Of a stretch of 64,000 bases of DNA, positions 34,401 to 45,913 are shown in pieces. Source of the stretch: Albugo candida (taxonomy: Eukaryota); assembly GCA_040437565.1 (NCBI GenBank), contig JBDOQK010000025.1, positions 124,001 to 188,000 on the forward strand, read 5' to 3'. A model generated the notes under the pieces. That model ran no database searches. It saw only the letters and a list, made by a program, of their open reading frames with translations, and was not told the origin of the DNA. The position numbers and the translations under genes are program-made. Numbering within the stretch: the first letter of the stretch is position 1; each line of letters starts with the position of its first letter.

Positions 34401-35098
34401 TCCTCCTCTGATCTGTTTAGTTCAGTCACTACCAAACCAACAGATCCGATCCGAATTAGATCGCCCAGTCGTAAACGATGTTGCACAGGAGTATATCGCT
34501 TGCTTCCCAGTACTTTACACACACCCGTGTGTCCAGAAAATCGCTCGATGGATGCACCACACACAAATTTCCCAACAGCATCGTCGTAACAGACATCTAA
34601 CGAGCTGGCTCGAGTGTCATCCAAAATACATTCCTGAACGAGTGTTTTGTTCCCGTTCATTTGTTGAGATTCATGCACGTACGGACTGAGACTCAAGTCG
34701 GCAATTGTTTTGTGAGCTTTGTGTCCGTTCAACATCGCAAGTGTATGAATGTCGGAATCATCAGAGACATCTGGATACACTGTATTAGCCGCATGAGCAA
34801 AGTCCTCATGACCCTCATTTTCTATCAATTCCTCATCGAAACTCGATGAGTACGGAGGGATGAGGTATAGTGATCGCGATAACTCATAATTACGTTGAGG
34901 ACCGCGAACAATCGCACCATTTTCTTCAACTAAAAAATCAACTTTTGGAAGTGTACGTCGAGTGCGAGTGGCATTCACACGCGCTCCATTTGCGTCTGTA
35001 GTAGTGAGCAGCTCACCTGGTGTTGTCGTTTCCGCATTTATTTCTACGCGTTTTACGCTTTTGAATATTCCTAATCCATTGGAGTGTCCCAACTTCAT
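31447..35098 (-). CDS. RING-CH (C4HC3) + FHA domain protein; span inflated by gap and 880-nt duplicated overlap
   Basis: CYICY...PCACRGDTKYLHLKCLKRW...CTICK; FHA LTIGRSTSN...TVSQLHA...DASSSNGT; partial FHA-like LRLGDLIRIGS upstream. Confidence 0.8.
32971..34830. repeat. 880-nt direct duplication flanking 100-N gap (32971-33850 = 33951-34830)
   Basis: Same sequence either side of the gap; identical duplicated ORFs in the track. Confidence 0.9.
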
Positions 35099-35126
35099 CC
35101 CAGACGCAACACTCGTGATTTTCTAT

Positions 35127-37056
35127 TTATTCGACTAACAAAAGGGATACAGAGAAAGACACAAATGTTTAAAGAGAAAAATGGCCAAATTTCCCGTAAA
35201 TTTGGATTCCGTAAGGACAAAGAGATGTAGGCACCAAAAATACGGGTCAGTGGGTACTGATCGAAATATTTCACCCCTCATCACTGTAAACTGACTTCAG
35301 CTATAGTTACAGTCATACTTAGCACCTAGCCCGCCTGTACCCTTACCGCTGTATACTTATAATATTTACCCTTACCTCGTAACAAAAACTCAAAACCTTA
35401 TAATGTTATACTTTATGTACTGGCGGCAAGGACCACAACAAATACTTGGAGGTTTATGTGGAAGCATTGAAGGTGTGATTTCGCACCGCAGTTCCTTCCA
35501 AAGAGAAGAAACTGTTTGCGTTTGGTACTTCGAAATTCACTTCTTCCAGTGCCACACGCACTTTGGGTTTTCGTTTGTACGTGTAACCAATAAACTTATT
35601 GAACGTCATGGGCTTTCCATCAGGTCCCATCACCATCTGATTCGGACTATTACTTGCCATGGGCGTTGCTCCGTTCCCTTGTGCGCGTTGACCCATAGTC
35701 GCGGAAGAATTGATTCCATTTCCAGTGTTTTTTGTATTGATTGATGTGGGTGCATTCGGACTAGTCGCATAGAATTCGCACGGGAACTCCGAAAAATCGT
35801 CAAAGTTGGAAGTGATCTGCTGCACTAACATCTTGTACATTGGTGGATTTTGAGCTGGAGTGTGGATTTTCAGATGATTCATAATTCGATCAAAATGTGC
35901 TCCACCGCCGGGAGGAACGTATGGTGACCGCAATTGTCGTATTGAATCCCAATGTATATCTCGAAGCCATGGATGTTCCTTTATATCTTGCACAGATACA
36001 CTTCCCAATCGGTTCTCTGCATTACAAACCAGTTTTCGGACNNNNNNNNNNNNNNNNNNNNNNNNNNNNNNNNNNNNNNNNNNNNNNNNNNNNNNNNNNN
36101 NNNNNNNNNNNNNNNNNNNNNNNNNNNNNNNNNNNNNNNNNTTATTCGACTAACAAAAGGGATACAGAGAAAGACACAAATGTTTAAAGAGAAAAATGGC
36201 CAAATTTCCCGTAAATTTGGATTCCGTAAGGACAAAGAGATGTAGGCACCAAAAATACGGGTCAGTGGGTACTGATCGAAATATTTCACCCCTCATCACT
36301 GTAAACTGACTTCAGCTATAGTTACAGTCATACTTAGCACCTAGCCCGCCTGTACCCTTACCGCTGTATACTTATAATATTTACCCTTACCTCGTAACAA
36401 AAACTCAAAACCTTATAATGTTATACTTTATGTACTGGCGGCAAGGACCACAACAAATACTTGGAGGTTTATGTGGAAGCATTGAAGGTGTGATTTCGCA
36501 CCGCAGTTCCTTCCAAAGAGAAGAAACTGTTTGCGTTTGGTACTTCGAAATTCACTTCTTCCAGTGCCACACGCACTTTGGGTTTTCGTTTGTACGTGTA
36601 ACCAATAAACTTATTGAACGTCATGGGCTTTCCATCAGGTCCCATCACCATCTGATTCGGACTATTACTTGCCATGGGCGTTGCTCCGTTCCCTTGTGCG
36701 CGTTGACCCATAGTCGCGGAAGAATTGATTCCATTTCCAGTGTTTTTTGTATTGATTGATGTGGGTGCATTCGGACTAGTCGCATAGAATTCGCACGGGA
36801 ACTCCGAAAAATCGTCAAAGTTGGAAGTGATCTGCTGCACTAACATCTTGTACATTGGTGGATTTTGAGCTGGAGTGTGGATTTTCAGATGATTCATAAT
36901 TCGATCAAAATGTGCTCCACCGCCGGGAGGAACGTATGGTGACCGCAATTGTCGTATTGAATCCCAATGTATATCTCGAAGCCATGGATGTTCCTTTATA
37001 TCTTGCACAGATACACTTCCCAATCGGTTCTCTGCATTACAAACCAGTTTTCGGAC
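35127..37056. repeat. 915-nt direct duplication flanking gap (35127-36041 = 36142-37056)
   Basis: Same sequence either side of the gap; creates a false second NDR kinase C-terminus. Confidence 0.9.
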
Positions 37057-38360
37057 AAAGTCCATACAGGAAGGGCTTAGTCGCTGCTTAGCTTCGGGTG
37101 GGAACACAAATGTCTGGCGCCAATTGACTATTTTACGGCATGTTTGCATTGGTTCGTCAGCGTAGAATGGAGGATATCCAACAAGACATTCATACAGAAT
37201 AACTCCAAGAGACCACCAATCACATTCTTTCCCGTATCCATTCTGAGCCAAGACTTCCGGTGCAATGTAATCTGGTGTGCCAACTGTACTAAATGCAATC
37301 TGACGATTCCGCGAATAAGGTTTACTTCTTGCTGAATCCCCAGTCAGCGTCGGGTCAACCGCCGTGCTATCCATCTCGTTCAATGTGTGTTGCGTTATCG
37401 GCGAACTCTTTGGACCACCGCGAGTTTCCATTTTCTTGCAAAGTCCTAGGTCTGTGAGTTTCAAGTGACCATGAGCATCCAACAACACATTATCCGGCTT
37501 CATGTCGCGATGAATGTATCCCAACTCATGCACTGATTCGATCGCTAAAATCATTTCAGCCGCATAAAATCGAGTAGTTTCCTCACTATTGCATATTAGC
37601 TTCAAACAACATTCTTCAGCTGAAGTACATACCTGAGCGTATCTTCTTTGATGAGAAGCCCCATCAAGTCGCCACCAGGAAGATATTCCATCACCATATA
37701 CAGTCGATGTTCATCCTATACGTAGTATACATGGTTGAATACATATGTATACNNNNNNNNNNNNNNNNNNNNNNNNNNNNNNNNNNNNNNNNNNNNNNNN
37801 NNNNNNNNNNNNNNNNNNNNNNNNNNNNNNNNNNNNNNNNNNNNNNNNNNNNCCTATACGTAGTATACATGGTTGAATACATATGTATACCTGCTCACAA
37901 TTGTATTGCTCACCTGGAACGAGTAGTGTAGTGTCACTAGCCAAGCATTATCGTGATCTGCCATCGCGAGGATATCTCGTTCCGCTTTCACATGCCCCAC
38001 TTGATTTTTTAATACCATTGCGCTCTTCAGCATAGACTTCAATGCGAAAATCTCGCCCGTGTCTTTTTTTCGAACCAGACGCACTTCTCCAAAAGCACCA
38101 CGACCGACGATTGTAAGAGGCTGAAAATCGTGCACACTCAAGCGCTTTCTTTGCTGTCGGAGTTGTTGTAATTCCTGAGAACGCAATTGCTGACGGTATC
38201 GCTCTTTTTTGTGCTCCTCCAAACGTAACGCAGTCATTTGCTGTTCGAGCGTGTTACGTCGAGCGCGCGATTCTTCGCGCTCTTTCTTCATAATGGCATA
38301 CTTTTGCTCCAAATATTCTTTTGTTGCTTTTGCTTTTTCTAGTGTTGAATTGGAAATCAT
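36469..38360 (-). CDS. NDR/LATS-family AGC kinase (STK38/Cbk1/Orb6-like)
   Basis: N-terminal MOB-binding region, [28 protein letters not shown], insert before [13 protein letters not shown], hydrophobic motif FIGYTYK; two introns near 37590-37915. Confidence 0.93.
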
Positions 38361-38522
38361 ATTTCACACAAGTCAAATATGCCAGTGTGAGGATACTCGA
38401 AAAGATCGACAACTTGCCTGAATTAATGTGCAGCTGCGTTGAAGTTCAGAATGTCACAGGATATAGAAGCAATTCAGGTACATAGCTGCTACACTATTTT
38501 GATTCAAATCCTAGATTTATGT

Positions 38523-41500
38523 TTACACTGCTTCCGATACTTCCTCGTGCATCAATTCGCAGACGTTTACGTAATTGACTTTGTGACCTTCATCCTCTTT
38601 AGCCTCGCATATTTCCTTCCCAGGCGCAGATTCAATACATCCGACTGGCATCTCCTTTTCTTCTACATGCACTACACAAGTCTCATCGACTGTTTTGCTC
38701 TCTGTACAGATCACTGCCGATTCATCGTTCACCGAACCGGACAACAGAGGCATCCCCAATTTCTCTCGAATATCGGGTGTTATATCATCCAGCACCATAT
38801 ACGTCGCTTGAAGTAGCGTTGATCCTTCCAAAGCGATTTCCGTCTCATTTGTTGAATTTCCGAGTTTCCCGCCACTAAACTTCAACTTCAACTCGCTCTC
38901 AGTTGAGTTGAATTTCTGACTTAGCATATCTTCGGCTTGCATGACAGTGAAGAGATTGCAAATTGACTGCATGGCTGTCTCGTACACCAATGTTGGAGTA
39001 TCTTCAGAAAGCGAAGAACTTTCTTTGATCTTGTTAGCAAGACGTGCGATGATTTGAAGCCAAAGAATTTGAAAGTTTGGTGATTTGTTCAAAGTGTCCA
39101 TATGATGGAGAAATGTCTTGGACAGCAATGTGACGCTGTACATATTGCCTTCAGCGGTATTGTGTTTCCAAGCACCAAAAGCAACTTGATCGTCCAGCGG
39201 GAACAAATCTTCTTCAAAGCATCTAATCCACGTGTCTTCAGAAATCGAGATACTTGGAAGCAGGAGGGAGCAGTATAGACAGTCCCAAGCTGTTTTGGAG
39301 ACTTCAGGACGATCATCGTGAAGATAAGAAAGCATTACGCGCATTACATCCAGCCACGTTTTCTCATCCGGTTTGAAGGCGCTCTCCTCAGTCACAACAC
39401 TCTGTAAAAGCCGCAATGCGTCACATGCATGGGCAGTTGGCTGATTCACAAAACGAAGGCACACAGCAATCCATAGAGTGACGTTTTCTGCGTGCAGATA
39501 ACCACCATCGGAGAGTAATTGAAGCGTATCCCAACACAACATTCTCCCACTAGGATACTGTACGAGGCTCTCTAGTATACCCAGCAAGACATGCCAATCG
39601 TGAAAATCCTGGGAGAGGTAGACCAAGTTGGCTTTCAATAACATGTTGACACCACAGGCAAGACGATCACTTAGTGCCTGATACATCTCTTCGTCCATGA
39701 TGAGTAGTAGTCGAAGTGTTTCCATAAGCTTTGGACGGAGCTTGCCATCATGAAACAGACGGATACTCACACGAAGGATGTGAACGACTACTCTTTCCAC
39801 CAAGAGCTGCATTTGTAGCTCTGCTAGTGGCGTGGATAAGATCCGTTTGGCATAGGCGTGGAATGGCTCCCAGAGATTCAATGAAAGAAGACGATGTGAA
39901 TTGACAAGAATCAGATCTACGCTCAGTTCCAATGCTAAAATTGCGTTTTCCTGCATCATGACATCAATGCTATTGTGGCTCGACCGTACTGTGTACTTGA
40001 ATGGATCCCGAGACGATAGCAATATCTCCAACAAGCTTAGAAGCGAATTTTCGTGCAATTTTCGAAGCATGCGAAGCCAATTTTCCTTCTCCAGTATCCC
40101 GTCACCAAGTTTTGCGACAGTATCTCGTAGCATCTGATTCACCATGAAGAATGTGTCATCTGTTGACTCCGATTCAGCAAACAGATAAGACGAGAGCGAA
40201 TCCCAGAAACTCGTGGGCATACTACCGCTACCTTCATCATTGCTACCCGGTACCAAGGATGATGCTATGCTTGCGGAATAGGTGCCGCTATTGCTCATCA
40301 CACGACTTCGTATGGCTGCTTGGCGCTCTGCAACTAGGCGTGATTGTTCACGAACTTTTCCTGAAACGCCGGTCGCCGTCCCATGATTGATTCGACTACC
40401 ATCATCTTTCCCTTGATCTACAATAGTACTGTTGCGAGGAGATCCTACCGCGTTGCCTGCTTGGATTGGGGGCAAAGGTACACCACGGGAATCGACAAAG
40501 TCATCCATTTCAGCCAAAGATGTAGGAACAACATCCAGCTCATTAAACATCAAGATACATTCAGCAACACTAGACCATGCTTTTGCAAAGTAATCGTGTC
40601 GGTTCTGAACAAAGCGGAACAGCTGTTTGAGAGAAAGAAGAGCGCGTCGAGTCTTTGCATTGTTCAAATAGTCTTCTTGACGCATTGGCGTGGAGTTCTG
40701 TCCAGTACCATTACGATCGAAATTTGCATCAAATGGATCCATCAATTCAGATTCATACTTCTCCTCCACCGGATAGATCTCTTCTGGAACCGCTTTCGAT
40801 TTATTCTGTGCATGTTCTTGCGCTTCGATACTAAGTCTTCTTGTAGCCACAGCAGCAGGTACTTCGGCCTGCAATCCATCATCCTCTTCTTCACTGAGAC
40901 TTTGAAATGAACCTGTCCATTGAGCCATGTTTGCAAGTTTCTGACCAGCAACATCCTCGTCGGCATACATTTTCGATGGGAAGATATACACCTTCTCGCC
41001 ATTCAAAATGCCGTGTGCAAAGCGAAGAAAATACGTCGATAAAGAGCTCATGATCGAATTGAAGACCTCACTCATCTCAAAGTAGAGTGCAATTTTGGCG
41101 CAATTGCTGAGTCCTTCCAAAGCACGCTCCATGTTGGTCAAATCACAGCTTTTCTCGAATGCAAGTAAGATGCTTTGAATCGTTTTATCTGCAATCAAAT
41201 GGAACATTTCTTTTTCGTATGTTCCGGCTTGAAGATGGAGAATGGACGCATCAGACGTGAAACTCGCGCCCACGACGTTTTCAGAACGCTTCAGAACGCC
41301 GTCCCACGAAGTTGAATATCGGTCGACGACCGATAATGCGGCCGATGAATCCATCAGATCCGACACATCATGCTGCATTTGTATTTGGTTGTCTCGGATC
41401 CGCTCGTATAACGTTGTGAGATACTCTACGGGAAGATCCTGACCAGCGTTTATACCGCGATTATTCCGAAGAAACTCATCCAGACTCATCTTCTTGGCAA

Positions 41501-43712
41501 CTTGATCATTGTGAAGATCTGTATTTAGCATGATAATACTAAATGCCAAGACGTACGCAGCATCAGCATCCAAGAGCGGACCGATACTTGCACATTGCTT
41601 GTAGAAGTGCGTCGAAAAACATTCCATCATTCGATCGATCTTTTGTGCTTCTCCTGGCAATCGGAATTTGGCCAGAAACATACGAAGTGCTTCATCGAGT
41701 GTTTGTGTGTTTGCAAAATCAAACATTGAAACGTACGCTTCCCGTACGGCTGCGTTGAACGGATACTTATCGTCAGGACCGTCACCCAAGTAGTCTCCAA
41801 CCTTTGTCTTATTGAGCCCTGGTACATGCAGAAGAAAGGAAGCGACAGATTCAGGGGTCAGTTCTTCTGGAAGAAGCTCAATTTGCTGCGCGTATTGGAT
41901 CCAATGCTTTGGATCATTATTGAATTTTTCAGCCGCTAACGCGTACCGCTTCTTTGTCCGTTTACGCTGCTGCAACACTTCGGCGGTTCTTTCTCGAGCC
42001 GTATGTAGCCATGCCAACTGGTCGTTGATTCTCAGCTTGATCTCACTATCATCACCTTCAGACTCACTGTCTGACGACGCAGCAGACAGAACCATTCGCA
42101 TCAAATCATTTGCCGAAGACATTGGCGATACCTCATCCAACGAACGATCCTTCTGTGATGATGGTTGACTGGTCGGAGGAGAATAGGAATCGCTGAATGA
42201 TTTCTTACCGAAGTCACAAAAGTCGATTGTATTGTTTGACCGCGTATTATCCCAGCTGGTTGCATCATGACTCGACGGATTCCGGGCGGTGAATCTTGCA
42301 AGTTCATGACCCTGAAGCTCTAATACGTTGATTTTTGATGTCTGAGAGAGTGGAATGGCTGGCTCAAAGGCACTTTGCGTCGATGATTTTGCACCAGAAT
42401 GAAGTGGAGCTGAAGGAACAGAACATCGTCTCGCGATGGACTCGACGACAGCTAAAAGGCCTTCCAAGCATAACAGTGTCAAAGCATCCAATCGTCCATT
42501 CACCCGAGTTACTTGACAATTACGAGCCAATGAGGAGCACAAAACTTCGAACAAATTGGTGCAATGCACGTCACAGTCGTAATTGATATACAAATCCAGC
42601 ATCAATGCGGGTTCCCGACAGAATTCCAAAAGAGATTCCAATGCTAACTCTTTCTGTTCGTCGGAACATGAAGGTGAATCAATAATACGCATGTGAACGC
42701 TTGTAAAAAACACCTCCAGCTGGATTTTCAAGTGATTTTTGATGGAATTAAAGAGATTGAAAACCACACGAAGGACAAGAGACAGCACGCGAAGCTCATC
42801 GGTTTCCGAATTTTGAAGAAGATACTTGGACAAGTCACCTTGCAGCACAGAAACAAGACTCAGATGATCGCCCAAAGCAGTCCCAGCCGTTTCCAGCACG
42901 ATATTGATCAATCTCAATCCAAGAATGCAAGTTTCGCCTTCTACATCCGTTGATGGTGAGATCAATTGAGCCAAGAAATTGAGTATCCGTTCCAGCAAAT
43001 CGATTCCAAACGGCCGATACACTTTATGTGATCTTTTCTGAGGTACTTGCCCATTTGTATTGAGAATAGAGCCTTTGGGAGTGGTGTTTGGCGTTATCTC
43101 TTCAGCAGCTGCACTCAGCTCACCGATTCGATCAAAAACCGTCAAGATCACATGACCCAGCGTATTCTCAGCAGCTCGTGACAAATGAAGAGATGATCCA
43201 GGCTGGTAGCAAATGTTGTGGCAAAGATGGACCATTTTCCAGACATTTTCAGTGCTCAGCAAATGAGCTGCATCTGATCGAATACAATATTCGACCATTT
43301 CCAGCAATTTCATGAGCACTTCTTCATCATCGACGCGATAGGTTTCTTCAAAGCGGCATCGTGAGATACATAATGCAATTCGATTGATGGCAACATCTGC
43401 ACGGACCGACTCACATGTTAACAGTCGATACAGAAGAAATTTGTTGAGACTCGATATCGCTGCTCCAGTGATGAATCCACTAGTCTTATCGGATTCAATG
43501 ACCATTATGAACGGTAGTAAGTACGTAACAGTATCGACGTCATTCAGTTCGGTGACAGTTTGGAGCGCGAAATGGAGCTGTTTAAAAGCTCGCATGAGTG
43601 GTGATTGGGTGGAGGCTGGTATTTCTTGACGGAATCGGTCATGAGAAGCCCATCGTGCATTTACGCGCATCATCGACAAGACATTGTGAATTTCTCCCTT
43701 GACGCAATTCAT
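38523..43712 (-). CDS. GBF1: Large ARF guanine-nucleotide exchange factor, GBF1/GNOM family
   Basis: DCB region, HUS box LYINYDCD, Sec7 FRLPGEAQKIDR and AFSIIMLNTDLHN; single long ORF; ATG at 43712 assumed. Confidence 0.92.
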   Translation of the reverse strand: MNCVKGEIHNVLSMMRVNARWASHDRFRQEIPASTQSPLMRAFKQLHFALQTVTELNDVDTVTYLLPFIMVIESDKTSGFITGAAISSLNKFLLYRLLTCESVRADVAINRIALCISRCRFEETYRVDDEEVLMKLLEMVEYCIRSDAAHLLSTENVWKMVHLCHNICYQPGSSLHLSRAAENTLGHVILTVFDRIGELSAAAEEITPNTTPKGSILNTNGQVPQKRSHKVYRPFGIDLLERILNFLAQLISPSTDVEGETCILGLRLINIVLETAGTALGDHLSLVSVLQGDLSKYLLQNSETDELRVLSLVLRVVFNLFNSIKNHLKIQLEVFFTSVHMRIIDSPSCSDEQKELALESLLEFCREPALMLDLYINYDCDVHCTNLFEVLCSSLARNCQVTRVNGRLDALTLLCLEGLLAVVESIARRCSVPSAPLHSGAKSSTQSAFEPAIPLSQTSKINVLELQGHELARFTARNPSSHDATSWDNTRSNNTIDFCDFGKKSFSDSYSPPTSQPSSQKDRSLDEVSPMSSANDLMRMVLSAASSDSESEGDDSEIKLRINDQLAWLHTARERTAEVLQQRKRTKKRYALAAEKFNNDPKHWIQYAQQIELLPEELTPESVASFLLHVPGLNKTKVGDYLGDGPDDKYPFNAAVREAYVSMFDFANTQTLDEALRMFLAKFRLPGEAQKIDRMMECFSTHFYKQCASIGPLLDADAAYVLAFSIIMLNTDLHNDQVAKKMSLDEFLRNNRGINAGQDLPVEYLTTLYERIRDNQIQMQHDVSDLMDSSAALSVVDRYSTSWDGVLKRSENVVGASFTSDASILHLQAGTYEKEMFHLIADKTIQSILLAFEKSCDLTNMERALEGLSNCAKIALYFEMSEVFNSIMSSLSTYFLRFAHGILNGEKVYIFPSKMYADEDVAGQKLANMAQWTGSFQSLSEEEDDGLQAEVPAAVATRRLSIEAQEHAQNKSKAVPEEIYPVEEKYESELMDPFDANFDRNGTGQNSTPMRQEDYLNNAKTRRALLSLKQLFRFVQNRHDYFAKAWSSVAECILMFNELDVVPTSLAEMDDFVDSRGVPLPPIQAGNAVGSPRNSTIVDQGKDDGSRINHGTATGVSGKVREQSRLVAERQAAIRSRVMSNSGTYSASIASSLVPGSNDEGSGSMPTSFWDSLSSYLFAESESTDDTFFMVNQMLRDTVAKLGDGILEKENWLRMLRKLHENSLLSLLEILLSSRDPFKYTVRSSHNSIDVMMQENAILALELSVDLILVNSHRLLSLNLWEPFHAYAKRILSTPLAELQMQLLVERVVVHILRVSIRLFHDGKLRPKLMETLRLLLIMDEEMYQALSDRLACGVNMLLKANLVYLSQDFHDWHVLLGILESLVQYPSGRMLCWDTLQLLSDGGYLHAENVTLWIAVCLRFVNQPTAHACDALRLLQSVVTEESAFKPDEKTWLDVMRVMLSYLHDDRPEVSKTAWDCLYCSLLLPSISISEDTWIRCFEEDLFPLDDQVAFGAWKHNTAEGNMYSVTLLSKTFLHHMDTLNKSPNFQILWLQIIARLANKIKESSSLSEDTPTLVYETAMQSICNLFTVMQAEDMLSQKFNSTESELKLKFSGGKLGNSTNETEIALEGSTLLQATYMVLDDITPDIREKLGMPLLSGSVNDESAVICTESKTVDETCVVHVEEKEMPVGCIESAPGKEICEAKEDEGHKVNYVNVCELMHEEVSEAV

Positions 43713-43811
43713 CGTGGCGAGGACATGGAATGGTGTGGTGTACACGAAGCTGGAGGGTCTGATTTATGTAGATACACTAGTTTGAGTACATGATTGACGA
43801 CGTTTGAGCCG

Positions 43812-45839
43812 ATGTTTGACGCCGGAAAGGTGAGGACTCTCTCGTCGCGGACGTGCATATGGGATACTATATGTACTTCGTAGGATGAAGAGAACTGCCT
43901 TCGTAAAGGGAATGTTGTATTGGAAATTCCGGAGAAGTCAAGAGTGACTGAATATTTGGACTCTGATGGGGAAGAGTGTGACGGGATTAATGATCATGCT
44001 ACGAGTGATGATAGGCACTCCGGAATGAGAAAAGAAAAGACAAGTTTCATGAATCGAAATAGCTCAATCGGTGTGATGAGAGATCGTGCTGTCAATGCAA
44101 ACTTGCGACTGCAAAATATGAGACAACATACAATCAAAAGGTGTGTAGCTCTTGTGCGCCACAAATTATTGAGTCGGATCTCGATTGATTTAGATTGGAA
44201 AAATATCAACCACAATTGGACCGAGTGAAGCTGTCAGCTGCAGCAGGTAAGCTGCACGACTCACTCTTTCTGATCTTTGGTTAGTAACTGCAAATATAGC
44301 CGCTACGAAAGGGAAAGAACGCGTACAACCAGCTTTTAGCATGGTTAAAGAAGGAGGAAGTCAAGGGTGGTCGATGTTTAAGTCTAAAATTGCTTCCGCC
44401 GGACCAGTTGCCGAGAGGATACAACAACTGGGAAGAAACATGCTAGAAGGTTACCTTGGTGAGCAACAAGTCGACAAGATTACAATACTCGTTAATCCAC
44501 GAACGGCTGCAGAAGCCTTTTTGAAGAGTTTCAAGGATCTCGATGCCTCTGTTCCTTTCACAGGCAGGAGATCATCCATAAAAGAGTCATCAACGAACTA
44601 TAGTGCGGCGAATCAGTGCTTTCAGTCATGCTACATTGTTGGACTTATTTGCGTCATGAGTGGGAATATATGTGACCTATCCCGAATCTCTCGAATCAAT
44701 CAAAGTTGCCACCATCTGCTACGAGACAGACGATTATGGCGCTTCTGCGTGCGTTATGGCGAAATCCCAATCCGAACTCGAGCATCTTTTTGGGAACAAT
44801 GTGCAAGGTTTGTTGCCTCTTTATTGTCACTTTTATTCGAAGGATTTTATTCTAAACTTATCTAATTGCAGCGTTTCAAGCACACGAGTAATATCTGAAT
44901 TCGACTACCAGACATATAACGAAATGGCACGATCGAAAGCCGAATGCACTGATCTGATCATGACGGACGTCCGACGCACATATGGAATCGTAGCACCTCA
45001 CAAACGTGTTCCCGACTCAAGCAGCGAAAAGCAGCTCCATGTCGATGAGAAGCTGGTAAATCAGTTGAGCGATGTGTTGCACGCACTTTCCAGTCGTTTC
45101 CCAAATGTTGGCTATTGCCAAGGAATGGATTACATTGCAGCATTTGTTATTGACATTGTCAAAGAGAGCACAAGTTTAGCATCAGAAACGACCCCAAGCG
45201 CGAATGTATCGCTTCAGGCGGCAACAGATGAAGAAGTGGAATCTGCATTTTGGATTCTGGTATGCTTGTTCGAGCAATACGGACTTCAAGACATGTTCTC
45301 TCCAGGCTTACATCAACTCAACTCGCATTGTTACATATTCAAACGCCTATTCGAGCTCACAATGCCGACCCTTGCGCAGCATTTTGATGAAGAGAATATA
45401 ATGGTGGAAATGTTTGTGGTTGGGTGGTTTCAAACTATTTTCCTGTACCTCAACGTTCTTCCACGGAAAACATTAACGCGAATTTGGGACATTTTTCTTT
45501 GGGAAAAGAATTGGAAAGTAATATCAAGAGCGACATTGGCGCTGTTTCAGGTCGCAGCAGTTTTCGTGGAGAAGGAGTCCATTGATTGCGTTATTCGGTT
45601 TTTCAATACGTTCGATGGGAAAGCAGAGGTATTTTGAGTGTGTTCATCAATTATTGACTATAAGCTCAAATCGCTTGTAGGAACTTATGGAAGCAGAGGT
45701 ATTCATCGCCAAAGCTCAAAGGTTCAAAGTCACAAATTCAATACTGCTCAAGCTCCAGCGACAATATGTGATGCATCAGCGTACGGACAAGAAAAACGGA
45801 CAATCCAGCCGCGTGGTGGAGAAAACTCCTCATGACTAG
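43812..45839 (+). CDS. TBC-domain Rab GTPase-activating protein, multi-exon
   Basis: IMTDVRRT (Arg finger), VGYCQGMDYIAA (Gln finger), WFQTIF...RIWDIF; first exon MFDAGK|GTGAG inferred; stop TAG 45837-45839. Confidence 0.82.
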
Positions 45840-45913
45840 CACCTTGATTTAGACACAAAATGATTGGTGGATCACAGAAATACTCGAATCGGATTGGCTC
45901 AAGACTATCGAAG

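Noticed and set aside
35330..35400. ACCCTTACC motifs as interstitial telomeric repeats
   Set aside because: Only two dispersed copies, no tandem array
35454..36008. Second NDR kinase C-terminal gene
   Set aside because: Identical to 36469-37023 and bounded by the gap; assembly overlap
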